Positions 23,446 to 34,629 of a stretch of DNA of 64,000 nt are shown here, piece after piece. This stretch comes from Lama guanicoe (taxonomy: Eukaryota). The translations under genes were made by a program, and so were the position numbers. Numbering within the stretch: the first letter of the stretch is position 1; every line of letters starts with the position of its first letter. The notes under the pieces were generated by a model. It was not told where the DNA came from. It was given only the letters and a program-made list of their open reading frames with translations, and did no database searches. The stretch is from positions 3,338,677 to 3,402,676 of the forward strand of contig MU054117.1 in NCBI GenBank assembly GCA_013239625.1, read 5' to 3'.

Positions 23446-26413
23446 GTAAGTAATCCAGTGACATACTGTCCTTTTACCGTAAGTCATCAGTAAACCAACT
23501 CAGTTTATCCTTCGACTAAAGCTTGAACGTGTTCCAGCCAGGGATGTGAAATCAGCTAATCTGTTAGGACTCTCCTGTGTGACAGTCTTACTCTCATAGA
23601 TTGTGCCTCATTTACTTATTAAAATCATAAGAGAGAGGCATCTTGGATTACGAAAAGCAAGGGATGCTTGCAAGACCTTAGTGCAGAGGAGTTTACAATA
23701 AAAGTGAGACGCTGTCTCCCCAGCCTCCCAGTCCTCCCTGCTAACTGTAAGCGTGAAGAGACTTCTTTGATGCCAATCGTACGTACCAGCAATGAGTCTT
23801 CCTGAGGCTGCGATTTAGTTAAAACCATACAGCACTTTCAGGTCTGAGATTTCACCCCAAGTCCCCTCCTGGAGCAGCGTTTTGGGGATGCTCTGACACC
23901 GATGAGTGAGCGGTTAGCCTCCCTGCCAGCCCCGTGCGCGCTCCTCCACCTGGGGAGGGAGGGAACAGGATGGCTAGGGCGTCTCTGCACCACTTGCGTG
24001 TGTTCTCTGTTACAGTTCAACCTAGACGCTAGGGCTCCGGCGTAAATGCTCCTCGGAAAGGCCCACTCTGTGCCCAAGAACCAATGCTCAAGTGTTGTTA
24101 AAGAAAAGTGTTCTGAGTTCAGTGGACCCTGGACGCGCAGTAGGAGGGCGCGTCGTCGTGGGCCGGCCGCGCCTGCTCCTCTCTGCCGTCTCCCGAGCAG
24201 CGTCGTGCTCTCCCATCCAGATGCCCTGCAGCCGCTTCCGGCCAGTGCACACCCTGCTCTGCCCGGTTGCTGACACCATTCTCTGCTGTTCCCTGTGTCT
24301 CACGCTGCATGTCTTGTCATCCGGTCCCTCCTCCGAGTAGCACCCGAACCCTTCATCTCTCGATGAACCCACTGCTGCCCTCCTGTGGCAGCTCAGGGCT
24401 GCCTGCCGCCTGGATCCCTGGGACAGGGGTTCTCCTGCTTTCTGTCTTGCTCCCCCTTTTCCAGTCTAGTCTGCCCGCTGCGGCCAGGGTGATCTTTGCA
24501 AGCTCTGGTGGCCGCGTGCCTGTGTGAAACAGCTCGCTCCTTCTCTCTGACCCGCAAAAGGCTGCCGTGAGTCTAACCTGGCTGTCGCGCGCTGCAGGGT
24601 CTGCTCTGCTGCCTCCTTCCTTTTCCCTTGTGCTTGGAGCCCGGGCTTAGCCTCACACTAGCTGTGTTTGCTCACCACGTTCTGCCGCTGTTCCGAGAGC
24701 TACGAGCTTCAGGTTTGGTCATCTTCACAAGAACCCAGGGCTGGAAGGTGTCAAAACCTCGTTCTTTAACCCCCACTTTACAGAAGCAGAAACTAAGGCA
24801 CCCAGAGGCCGAGTCCACGCCCAGGGCCACAGAGCTCGTCTGTGGCAGAGTTCAGGTTCAGATTGAGGCCTCTGGGCCCATGTCCATGCTCCGGACCGCT
24901 GGTCACGTGCTTCTGCCAGGTCTTCTTGGAGTTGCCCCAACGTCCCATGCTTTGTCCTCGCTGAACCCTCGCATCTGCACTCTGCTCTGCCTGAAATGCT
25001 TGCTCCCCAAACCTGGCCACCTTCCCCCCCCCGGAGGAGTGGCCCTCTGTGATCTCCCAAGTCTAGACTCGACATCTTGCCGTCTGTGTCCAAGCCATCT
25101 CTGGTTCTCCCCATCACGCCCTTGGCTGCTTGCATTTAGAATAGACCCTGGTGCATGCTGCAGCCTCAGCATGGGGATGCCCCATGTCACTGCTGTCCTC
25201 TCCCCCCTCCCTGGCCTCCTCGCCTGACACGCTCCGGCGTAGCATCCGGGGCCTTTAACAAATGGCTGTTTCCATTCTTGTAAAAACGAAGCAAGTGGAG
25301 GTTTTCATGGCCCTCTGTATGGAGGCTGCTCCAGGTGCAGCTGAGGTGTAAGAGCTTGGACTTGAGGGTTGGAAGAGCAGCTGGCGAAGGTGCATGTGTT
25401 CTTATAAAAAAGTAATACTTCATGATTGGGCTTGTATCTGAGGTGGTGTTAGAATCTTTTGGCATCATCAGTGCAAACCATATGTAATCGTTTGTGTCTT
25501 TAAATATTTTTTTATGCAAGTAATCCGTTGTCCCTGTAGGGAATTAACAGTTAAGAACACTTCGGGAGAAAAGTAACAATTCCTGCCACACACACACACA
25601 CCCCGATCGTTGCAGTGTGTGTGCTCCGGACTTTTCCGTGTCTGTCTGTCTGTCTGATTGTGCATATATTTTTCTAAATGCTCTCCTACTTGTTTTTTAA
25701 CCAACTTTTCTCCCTCGCTGTGTGTTTCGGTGCCCGCAGATGCACTTCGCTATGACCCCTGATTAACGGCTCCGTGCTGTCCTGCTGCGCTGATGCCGCA
25801 TCGTGTACTTGACCAAGCTACTGCGGACCTAGCTTAGGACGTCCAACTTGTGACTAGATTTCCCACTGACATAAATAATGTTAAAATAAACGTCTTTGTA
25901 GTTAATTCTTTGTACACATGTGTAATACATTTCCTAGAAATGGAATCACCGAGTGTGTACTTTTTCAAAGGCTTTTGTGCTTATTGCTAAATTCCCTTCC
26001 AGAAAAGCTGTGCAGCGGATAGCCCCACGAATGATGCAGGGGAGAGTCTCTGTCACATGGACACTGGCTGTTAGTGATCTCTCTGGCCTTCCAATTTAAT
26101 GTCTTGTGAAAGGTGCCATTTTAATTTTCACACTGCAGGTTCCTGATGAGGTAGACTTCCCGTGTTTCCTGGCCGTTTGTATTTCCTTTGTGGCCTGTGT
26201 CCCCTGCTAAGGGTCAGTTTTGATAGACCCTAAAAGGCTGATGAGCTTCAAGGTCACATGGATCTGGATTTGCGTTTTCTCCAAGGAGATTGAGCAACTG
26301 AGCAGAAGGGACTAGGCCTGTTCCCCGGATGACTGTCATGAAACTGTCACAGATGTGCCCTGAACTATCCTGCAGACTCACGTGAGGCCCTTCTGTCTTT
26401 TGGATCGTTGCAG

Positions 26414-26524
26414 AAATACGGGGTTGCAGAAGGCAGGCCGCTGAGCGAGCTGAGGGCCATGGCCCGTGCAGCTGGGGAGGAGTGCCCTGTGTTCACCCCG
26501 CCCGGTGGAGAGACCCTGGACCAG
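26414..26524 (+). CDS. TIGAR: TIGAR exon 5
   Basis: ttgcag|AAA TAC GGG...GAC CAG|gtgcgc gives [37 protein letters not shown]. 111 nt. Confidence 0.97.
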
Positions 26525-26974
26525 GTGCGCAGCCCGGGTAGCGTCGGCGAGCTTGCCCGTGTCAGAGGGGCTGACCTCTGACTCCTTGTGTGTGCCTGAT
26601 GTTTCTGGATTTTAGCTCATAAGCAGTTTGAAAGTTGTCTGGCTCATTAAACAGCTCTGCGTGATACCATCTCATGACATGATCTGTGGGCTTCTGTCTG
26701 CTTGTAGGTTTCCCCAGCTAGACACGTGTGCTTTCAAGTCGGGAATCAGGAATTGTATCTTACTCATCTTTGTCCTCAGAGAGCCTTCATGGTTCCAGAA
26801 ATACTGTGGGCACTCGCTCACCAGTGCTGTGGACCTCCCGATTAAAGAGAAATACAGAAGTCATCTGGTTCTTAGTACTTATAATGGAAAAAAACCAATT
26901 GGTTATGGTTATGTTTATGTTTTAAGATAGTCATCAATGTCACTTTATTTCACTTTTTATTTCTTTCCTTGTAG

Positions 26975-27403
26975 GTGAAAATGCGTGGGAAAGACTTTTT
27001 TGAATTTCTTTGTCAGCTGATTCTGAAGGAGGCAGGTCAGAATGAGCAGTGTTCCCAAGAAGCTCCCAGCAACCATCTGGAAACTTCTTTGGCAGAGAGA
27101 TTTCCTTTCGGGAACAACTGTGCCCCCAGATCCAAGTCCGAGCCCGGCGCGCCGGGATTCGCGGCCAGCGTCTTGGTTGTGAGTCACGGCGGCTACTTGA
27201 AGAGCCTGCTGGGTTACTTCCTGACCGACCTGGAGTGTTCCTTCCCGGCCACTCTGAGCAGATCGGAACTTTCCTCGGTCAGCCCCAACACAGGGATCAG
27301 TGTCTTTATTGTCAGCCTGGAGGAAGGAGACGTTAAGCCGACAACCCAGTGTGTTTGTGTGAACCTCCAGGACCATCTGACTGGGGTGACTGACACGCAG
27401 TAA
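26975..27403 (+). CDS. TIGAR: TIGAR exon 6, coding part ending TAA
   Basis: ttgtag|[20 protein letters not shown]...[13 protein letters not shown]...PNTGIS...[13 protein letters not shown], including His198. Total CDS 810 nt, 269 aa. Confidence 0.97.
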   Translation: MKMRGKDFFEFLCQLILKEAGQNEQCSQEAPSNHLETSLAERFPFGNNCAPRSKSEPGAPGFAASVLVVSHGGYLKSLLGYFLTDLECSFPATLSRSELSSVSPNTGISVFIVSLEEGDVKPTTQCVCVNLQDHLTGVTDTQ

Positions 27404-27804
27404 ATTTAACTCCACACCCACATCTAGAGACTGCGACCCTCGGAGGGAGTGCCTCGGACTCTGTCTCCATCCTCTGCTCGTGCACTTGTGGAGACAGGTA
27501 AAAGGTGCCCACGGCACAGGTTATAAAGCTCGGGTGGTGTCAGAGCCGTGTGAAACCCTAAGGGAAGACCATCCGGAATTGCTGTCTTTTGTCTGAGTGC
27601 ATTTGGAATTTTCCAGAGTAATTTTACCAACCTGCTCGTTTATGAATCTGGATTGTAAACAGGTGAAGGAACTCAGCATTGCAAATTGGGGGATTAATCA
27701 CCCTGCTACTGTGTTGTTTTTGTTTTTCCTTTTTTCTACATCAGTATTTTTCTTTAATGTCTGCAAAATCTGGCCTATTTTACTGGCTCTTGGCAAGATA
27801 CTGT

Positions 27805-27895
27805 ATTTTTTTTTTAATGGAGGTACTGGGGATTGAACCCAGGACCTCATGCATGCTAATAAGCACACGCTCTACCACTGAGCTCTAACCTCCTG
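27805..27895 (-). mobile_element. tRNA-Ala-derived (vic-1-like) SINE about 400 nt after the TIGAR stop
   Basis: TTTAATGGAGGTACTGGGGATTGAACCCAGGACCTCATGCATGCTAA...CTCTACCACTGAGCT. Confidence 0.8.
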
Positions 27896-28380
27896 CCGTG
27901 TTTTTTTTCCCTTACTATCTCATCCAGCTCTTGGATGAGGGAACGGTCTGTAATTCCCACTCCATATTTATGTGATACTGGTATTTTAAAAGTCCCTTAA
28001 ATGAGAAATGCTGGTCCTCATAGCTTATGTAGAAGCAGACGACACTAAACATTTAATCAGCTGCTGGGATTGTTGGTGCTGGAGGTTGGAGACGTGGATG
28101 AACGCGGATTACGGTTGCAGGGTCATCGCACGAGGGAGGAGTGTCATCTGATTCCGGAATTCTAAAGGAGGACTCTCTGAGCAGAAGATGAGGAAAGAGC
28201 AGATCTTTCTTACCTGACCTGAAGGATTTAGTCTGAAAAAGGCTCTAAAGGAAGCAAGCAGATGCTGGCGGACCTTGCAGCAGCCCCAGGATAAAGGAGG
28301 GGCTCCGTCGAGAAGAACTGAGCTCTGTCACCCACAACGGCGGCGTTTTTGTGAAAGATGCAGATGAGGGTGCCTCCTTT

Positions 28381-28398
28381 CCCCACCAGATGGCGCTG
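28381..28398 (+). promoter_or_regulatory. CTCF-binding motif
   Basis: CCCCACCAGATGGCGCTG is a near-perfect match to the CTCF core. Confidence 0.6.
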
Positions 28399-29139
28399 GA
28401 GGGAAGGGATTTGGTGAACTTAATTGTGTGTGTAAGATGGGTCGTTCTTAATTCCTCATCTGGAAGGAAAAGTGTTTCCCATGCAGTTTGCTTTTACGTT
28501 ATCATGTGGACGAATGCTGGGCGTCAGCTTACAAGCAGGTAGCGCCGGAGCTGTCAGTTAAGGCTAAGACCATGTGTTGTCACAATTTACTCTGAACGTC
28601 ACTTGAATCACCTGTGCAGTTCAGTGTCGCCTGTCCTCGGTCTGTGCAGGGCCACCTGCCTTCCTGCTGGGAGTGGAATAGGGGCATGCAACTGAGCAGA
28701 GCAAGTTCGCTGTAGATGAAAACTTGGGAAAATGACCCCAAAAGACAAATAATACATGTCCACGTTCCCACCATTCAGAAGTGATCATTCCCTTCCCTAC
28801 CCTGCCCTTTTTTTTTTTTAAAGAAAGAACACACTGAGATGTTTGTAAAGGCCCTTTAGCCAGCTGTCACAGCTCTGTCTCTGGTTCCTGCAGAGGTGAC
28901 ACCCCCGCGAGTCTGCACTCACCCATCCTTTACGTCGTAAGGGAGCGGTATTGTCTTGGTGTTTTAAAAATGTCCGTAACTACACCCAGCCGCCTGTACT
29001 CTGTATCTTCCCTTTTCCCCTGGGCTGCCGTGCTGACACGCACAGAACTGCTTGCTTGTAACCGCTGGAGTCAACTGAATAAATGTAGCACGTTTGGTTC
29101 GTTCTCCTGCTAGCGGGCGTTTCGGTATATTCAGTGTTC

Positions 29140-29245
29140 TCTGTTGTTTTTTGTTTGTTCTGCTTTTTAATGGCGGCACTGGGGATTGGACCCAGGACCT
29201 CACGCGTGCTAGGCACGCACCTACCCCTGAGCTGCACCCTCCCCG
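29140..29245 (-). mobile_element. tRNA-Ala-derived (vic-1-like) SINE
   Basis: TTTAATGGCGGCACTGGGGATTGGACCCAGGACCTCACGCGTGCTAGGCACGCACCTACCCCTGAGCTG. Confidence 0.75.
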
Positions 29246-29959
29246 GCTCTTGATCGTTGGCCTTGGTCACCTGGCTGACGTGGTGTGTATGAGGTTCCTT
29301 TTCGGGGAAGTGACTTTCCTTCCCGCCTTTCTTCCCGGGACCCTGTGGAAGGAAGCCACTGCTCACAGTGGGGTTGATCCTCCCTCCCTGAGGACCGTGT
29401 CCACATAAATTATTTGGAATCCTGCCTGAGAGGCGGTACCCGTCTCCCCATTTGTTTGTATTCAGGCAGTCATCTTGCTCTGTGAGGCTCCGAATTTCTG
29501 ATTCAGTTGAGACGTGTTTGTTGGCCCCGTATGCGGTCTCCGTTGGCGGACTTTCCGTGTGTCCCTGGAAAGGCTGTCTCCTGTGGGTGCCGGGTTCAGG
29601 GCCCTGGGACCGTACATGCTGCGAAGCTCGTGAGTCGCGTCGCTTGGGAGCCTCGAGCCCTTTGCGGCCTTCCGCCGGTCGCCGGCTCGCTCGCCGCGGG
29701 AGGGGCGCGCGCTTCCGGCGGGGCCGGGCTTGCCTGTTTCTCCCTTCAGTTTCGTCAGTTCTGCTGCCTGTGCTCTGTTCCTGTTTTAAGAGACTTCAGC
29801 GTTCATGCGTTTTATGTCTTCCTTGTGAGTTGGCCCTTCTGTCATGTATAAAGCGTCCCTCTTCCCCTGTGGCAGTTTTGCTTAGCTTGGCGCTTGCTCT
29901 GTCTGCTGTTCATGCGGGAAGCCCACCGTGCTACGCTCGCTGTTCGCACTGTGTGTGTC

Positions 29960-30318
29960 TGTTAGGGACCGAGTTGTCCTCTCAGACCCCGTGTCGAAAC
30001 TCAGAATGTGACTTCTAGGGGCAGGGCCTGTAAAGACACCATTAAGATGAGGCCAGTCGGGTGAGCCCTAACCCAGCCTGGCTGCTGTCCTTAAAAGAGG
30101 AGGAAGTTTATTCACACTGAGAGACACCGGGCATGCGTGAGCCCAGAGGGAAGACCACGTGAGGACGCGGCCAGGGGGTGGCCGCCTCTAAGCCAAGGTG
30201 AGAGGCTCGGAGGGGTGACACCTGCCGGCACCTTGCCTTTGGACTCCTGGCCTCCGCAGCTCCGAGGAGAGATTCGGTGGTTTGAGCCATGCAGCCTGTG
30301 GCGGGTTGTTAGGCAGTC
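29960..30318 (+). mobile_element. MaLR (MLT1-like) solo LTR
   Basis: CAGAATGTGAC...ATTAAGATGAGG...GTCCTTAAAAGAGGAGGAA...CCTGCCGGCACCTTG...TTGGACTCCTGGCCTCC...GTTTGAGCCA follows the MLT1 LTR layout. Confidence 0.65.
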
Positions 30319-31621
30319 CTTCCCTTCTTTCCTTCAGGTACGTCTTTTATAGACAACCTGGAAGCGGGAGCTTTTACTTCATGAAGTCTGAGCGGTCCTG
30401 CCTCTAGTTGTGGTGTTTCATTTCCGTCTGACCCAGCTGCTGGTAGGATTGGATGCAGCCTGTCGCCTGTCTGCTGGTCCCCTCTGGTCCTGGTTGTGTT
30501 GTTCAGCCCCCTTTCCTGCCATCCTTTGGGATGATCGAGTACTTTTTAGTATTCTCTTCCCACACTTTCACTGGCCTTTTGCCAACACCTCTTCGCGTTA
30601 CTGTTGCTGTGGGTGCTTTAGGATTATACGTGCAGTACTCCTGCCTCAGTCTGCTGAGAACGCATGTTGTGTGGCGGTCACACGGAGTCACGGTCTGGCA
30701 CCCATCTGTTCATCTACCCTCCCCATCCCGTGTGGAAACTGTGTCACGCAGCAATGTTGTAATTTTTGCTCTAGGAGGTATTTTAAAGAAACCAAGGGAA
30801 GAATGTGTATCCTGTATTTACAGTTGTTTAAATTTACCCACATTTTTACTATTTCTGATGCTTGTGCTTGTTTTCTGTAGTTTTCCCGTGGGCTGTTGTT
30901 TCTTTTCAGCCTGGCCGCAAGCTCCCAGTTTCTGCCCCACCCTCATCCCCCACCCCATTCGAAGGATGCTCCTGCTGGATACGTAGTTCTGGGCACATAG
31001 CTTTGTTTCCTTTCAGCCTTTCCGGGGTTTGCGGGCTCCCTTTGTTTACGCTGAGGAATCGCCCATCAGTCTGAAAGCTGTTCACCTAGACGGAAAGTGT
31101 TACTTTCTGCAGTAGCTTCCAAGATTTTGTCTTTTGTCTTCAGCGGTTCTGACTGTGACGTGCCTGAGTGTGACTTTCCTTGTGTTTCTCTTCCTTGAGG
31201 TTTGCTGAGCTTGGATCAGCACAGGAGTTTTTCATCAATTAGGGGAAAATTTCAGCCATTGTATCGTCAGATATCACTCCCCAGTTTTTCCCACTTCAGT
31301 CCTGGGACTCCTTTGGGGCAGTTTGATCTTGTCCCACAGATCACTGAGGCTGTGGCCCTTACGATTTTTTAACCTACTTTTTCTTTGTTCTTCAGATTAG
31401 GTAACATATTAACTTTCTTATTTTCAGTCTATTCTTTCATCTTCAGTTTAGTATTTAGCCCATTTAATAAATGTATTCTATCAGGATCATTATCTTTCAA
31501 TTCTACATCTGTATCTGGCTCTTTATTTTCTGAGATGCCTGATCTGCTTGTTGCTTAGTATCTTTCTTTCCTTTTAAACCCTTAGAGATGTTTGTAATAG
31601 CTGCTTTAAAGTGCCTGCCCT

Positions 31622-31761
31622 GGGGGGAGGGTGTAGCTCAAGTGGTAGAGCTGCATGCTTAGCATGCACGAGGTCCTGAGTTTGATCCCCTGTACCTCCT
31701 CTAAAAATACATAAATTACTCCTCCCACCCCCCGAAAAAAGTTATAAAAGATAAAATAAAA
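31622..31761 (+). mobile_element. tRNA-Ala-derived (vic-1-like) SINE with target-site duplication
   Basis: SINE head and A-rich tail flanked by TAAAGTGCCTGCCC (31607-31620) and TAAAGTCCCTGCCC (31762-31775). Confidence 0.85.
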
Positions 31762-32230
31762 TAAAGTCCCTGCCCCCAACCCCCAGATCTGGGTTGTCCA
31801 GTGGTTGGCTTCTAATGTTGGCTTTTTCTCTTGGCTGTGGGCTATTTCCCCTTATTTCTTCTCATAGAGCCTGGCATGTGTCATCTTCCTTTAAAGGTTC
31901 CCTGGGATCTTGATGTGGTTGTGTCTACGGGTATTTTTCAAATTAAAAAAAGAAAAATTCTCTCTTTAAAGGAAACACTAGAGTGATCAGAAATCCAACA
32001 TTGATTTAGAAATTTTCTTGTTAGCAATAATTCTGTCTGAATTAGTCAAAATTGCTGAGTTCATTTATGCATGGAAAAAACTTTGAATATTTCACAATTC
32101 TGATTTGTTTTTCACTTTTGCTTTCTCTAGATTTTCCCAGTGCTCCCCTCCCGTAATCCCTTTTACTCATATTCTGACAACTTTTAGGTAGTGATACAGG
32201 GAGGAAGAGCTAAGAGAAACTGAGATAAAT

Positions 32231-32236
32231 TTTATT
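32231..32236 (-). terminator. FGF23: FGF23 polyadenylation signal AATAAA
   Basis: Minus strand reads ...CAAATAAAATTTATCTCAG, inside a block (~31990-32340) resembling the recalled human FGF23 distal 3'UTR. Confidence 0.65.
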
Positions 32237-32317
32237 TGTTTTAACAGAAGAAAGGAAAAAGTTGGGGTTACATTTTTATAAATATCTATAAATATAGAGC
32301 AATAGGCAAAATCTTCC

Positions 32318-32334
32318 AAATAAATAAATAAATA
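32318..32334 (-). promoter_or_regulatory. FGF23: AU-rich element in the FGF23 3'UTR
   Basis: UAUUUAUUUAUUUAUUU (overlapping AUUUA pentamers) about 80 nt upstream of the AATAAA. Confidence 0.6.
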
Positions 32335-33972
32335 CTGCCACGTGCTAAGGGACACAGGGAATGGTGAGAGCTACCTTGGCTCTGCCAAGGAGGAGACCCC
32401 AGGGAACGTATTGCGTTTGTAGGGTTCCTGCCAGTCTTCCCCCAAAGTCCTTTCCATCTAGTTTCCGGTATTGGGGAGCTCCTGATGGTTTCTGTGCAGT
32501 GTAGTGTCTCCAGCGGGCCATGAAAACTGTAAAGGAACTACTTGCCATGCGTGCGCTGCTGTGTAGCGCCATACACAGTTTTAGGGCTTCGAAGTAGGAA
32601 CTTGTCCTTCAAGTTGAGCGTAAGTCCATCATCAGGTGAGAGCAGTTGTCCAATGTCTCTCAGAAGTGAAAAGAATGGATCTATTTCTGAGGCTGGGTAC
32701 ACGATGGCAGCGGGGTGGGGGGACAAAGTGACTGAGAGGAAGCTGCTGCTCATTAACATTCTGCTCTTTGGGTGGCCGTTTAAATGGAGGTAGGAAGTGG
32801 GGCCCCTGAGGACGACAGAAAGTCGTCAGTCCCACCTGCCCACCGCTCAGTGTTTCAGTAAGGCGCGGCTGGATTTCCCCAGGGACTGAAACTGTCTTCA
32901 TTTGGTGCCCCCCGGCATTTCCCAGGGTAGTGAGACCCAGGCGCGTCAGCCCAGGGATGTCCTAGCTGCACCTCTGGCCGCAGCTGGCGCATAGTGGAGG
33001 GCTGGGCATGCGCCTCACACTGAGTCCTACCCTGGGGTCCCTGGTGGTCGGACCTCCTCCCCCAACCTGAGCCCTCGATGCCACTTCACTCAGGCAAAAG
33101 GGCACAGTCTGCCAGTTCACCGAGAACCTGGCCCAGAGCAGCCCCGTGGTCCAGGCGCCTCCCTGCAACCTTTGTGTAACTCATCCAGAAGGGTTCACCA
33201 CTCAGCCCGCAAACAGAGGCTTGATCAAATACCTCTGAGAGGCATCTGAATTGATTTCCATTTGGAAAAACATCCCAGCAGGGCAGGTCTTCAGGAGCCA
33301 AGACCAAAGCTCTCAAACCAAAAGCGGGGCCAACAAGCAGGGAAGAGCAGGGTCACCCTGGGCGGGGCTGTGGCTGCAGAGAGGAGGAGAGCGGGGCGAG
33401 GGGCCCACCCCGTCGGAAGGGTGGGTTTCTAGCTTGATTCCTGCCTCAGTGTTCCTAGCATTTATTCTGGCCAAGGTTTGACCACCCCACCACCAGTCTT
33501 GTTAATACCTCGTCTGCAGAGATGCTCAAGGAAGAAGGAAGGCTGGAGATGAGGGCTTTCCGGGTTTGCCAGCTGAGCCCTTAATGCCCTAGGTCAAGGT
33601 TGCAAACTCGGATGCCAACAGGGTGCAGGCAGGAGACATGAAATCGGGGGGTGGGGGGGCGGGCAGGGGAGAAGCTGCTGGCTTTGGCTTCTCCCTTCAC
33701 CTTCCAGGTGGTGAACTCGCTAAGCCTTTGCTCTGTTCTGGGTGCTAGACTGGCAAGAAGAGAGGCAGAGGGACGAGCTGGGCAGGGGGAGCCCTTCTCT
33801 CCTCGTGGGGCGGGTACAGGTGGGGTGAGGAAGGTGAGGATCTCCGCTCCTCAGGCCTCAAAGGGCGACTCCCCGGGGGCCTCCCGGGAGGGAGCCGTCC
33901 CCCCACCTCCCCTCCTCGGGGTGTAAGGGGCGCCGGCCCCCCCGGGTTTCGTGAGTCTGGCGGCCGGCGGCC

Positions 33973-34407
33973 CTAGGCGAACCCGGGGAAGGGCCGGCAC
34001 CGCTCGGCGCCCACCGGCCCGGCGCGCGCGTCCAGCCGGTGGCCCCGGAGCACGCCCAGCGGGTCGCTGGGCGCGGGGCCGCCGTCCTCGGCGCTGGGCA
34101 GCTCCCCCGCGCGGGACGCGGGCGCGGGCGCGGCGCGGGCGCGCGGCTTCAGCACGCTCAGCGGGTCCCAGCCGTCGGGCGCGCTGCGCGTGTGGCGCCG
34201 GGGCCGCGCCGTGCCGAGCTGCAGCAGCGGGATCTCGTTCCTGCGCGACAGGAACTGCGAGAACGGCGGCGGGTTGGTGCCCGGCAGGAAGGGCCTCTTG
34301 GCCCGGCCCAGGCTGACCAGGAAGCGGTGCTGCGGCGAGTGGTACACGTCGTAGCCGTTCTCCAGCGTCCGCTGCCGGAACCTGCAGCTCTCGGGGCTGA
34401 AGTGGTG
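33973..34407 (-). CDS. FGF23: FGF23 exon 3 of 3, coding part ending TAG
   Basis: tttcag|[38 protein letters not shown]...RPRRHTRS...DPLSVLKPR...SAED...DPLGVL...CRPFPGFA*. 435 nt, with the RXXR furin site at 34186-34197. Confidence 0.97.
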   Translation of the reverse strand, partial: HHFSPESCRFRQRTLENGYDVYHSPQHRFLVSLGRAKRPFLPGTNPPPFSQFLSRRNEIPLLQLGTARPRRHTRSAPDGWDPLSVLKPRARAAPAPASRAGELPSAEDGGPAPSDPLGVLRGHRLDARAGPVGAERCRPFPGFA

Positions 34408-34611
34408 CTGAAACGGGGGCAGAGCGACCAGGTGAGGCCCGGGGCGTCCGAGAGCCTCCAGGTGACTCCTGAGGCCCCAGCGCTCCCACCCTCTCTACTC
34501 GGCCGGTGCCTTTGACCCATCGTGTCCCGCGGGGAAAAGTTGATCCTGACTGATTTCCAAACTGCCCGGCACCCAGCACTGACTTGCGGGCGGGGCAGCC
34601 CGGGGACCTCA

Positions 34612-34629
34612 CAGCGCCACCTGGCGACT
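34612..34629 (-). promoter_or_regulatory. CTCF-like motif in FGF23 intron 2
   Basis: Minus strand AGTCGCCAGGTGGCGCTG. Confidence 0.45.

Noticed and set aside
29078..29083. AATAAA as the TIGAR poly(A) signal
   Set aside because: Plausible, but it lies among repeat-derived sequence and cannot be ranked against other candidates without 3'-end data.
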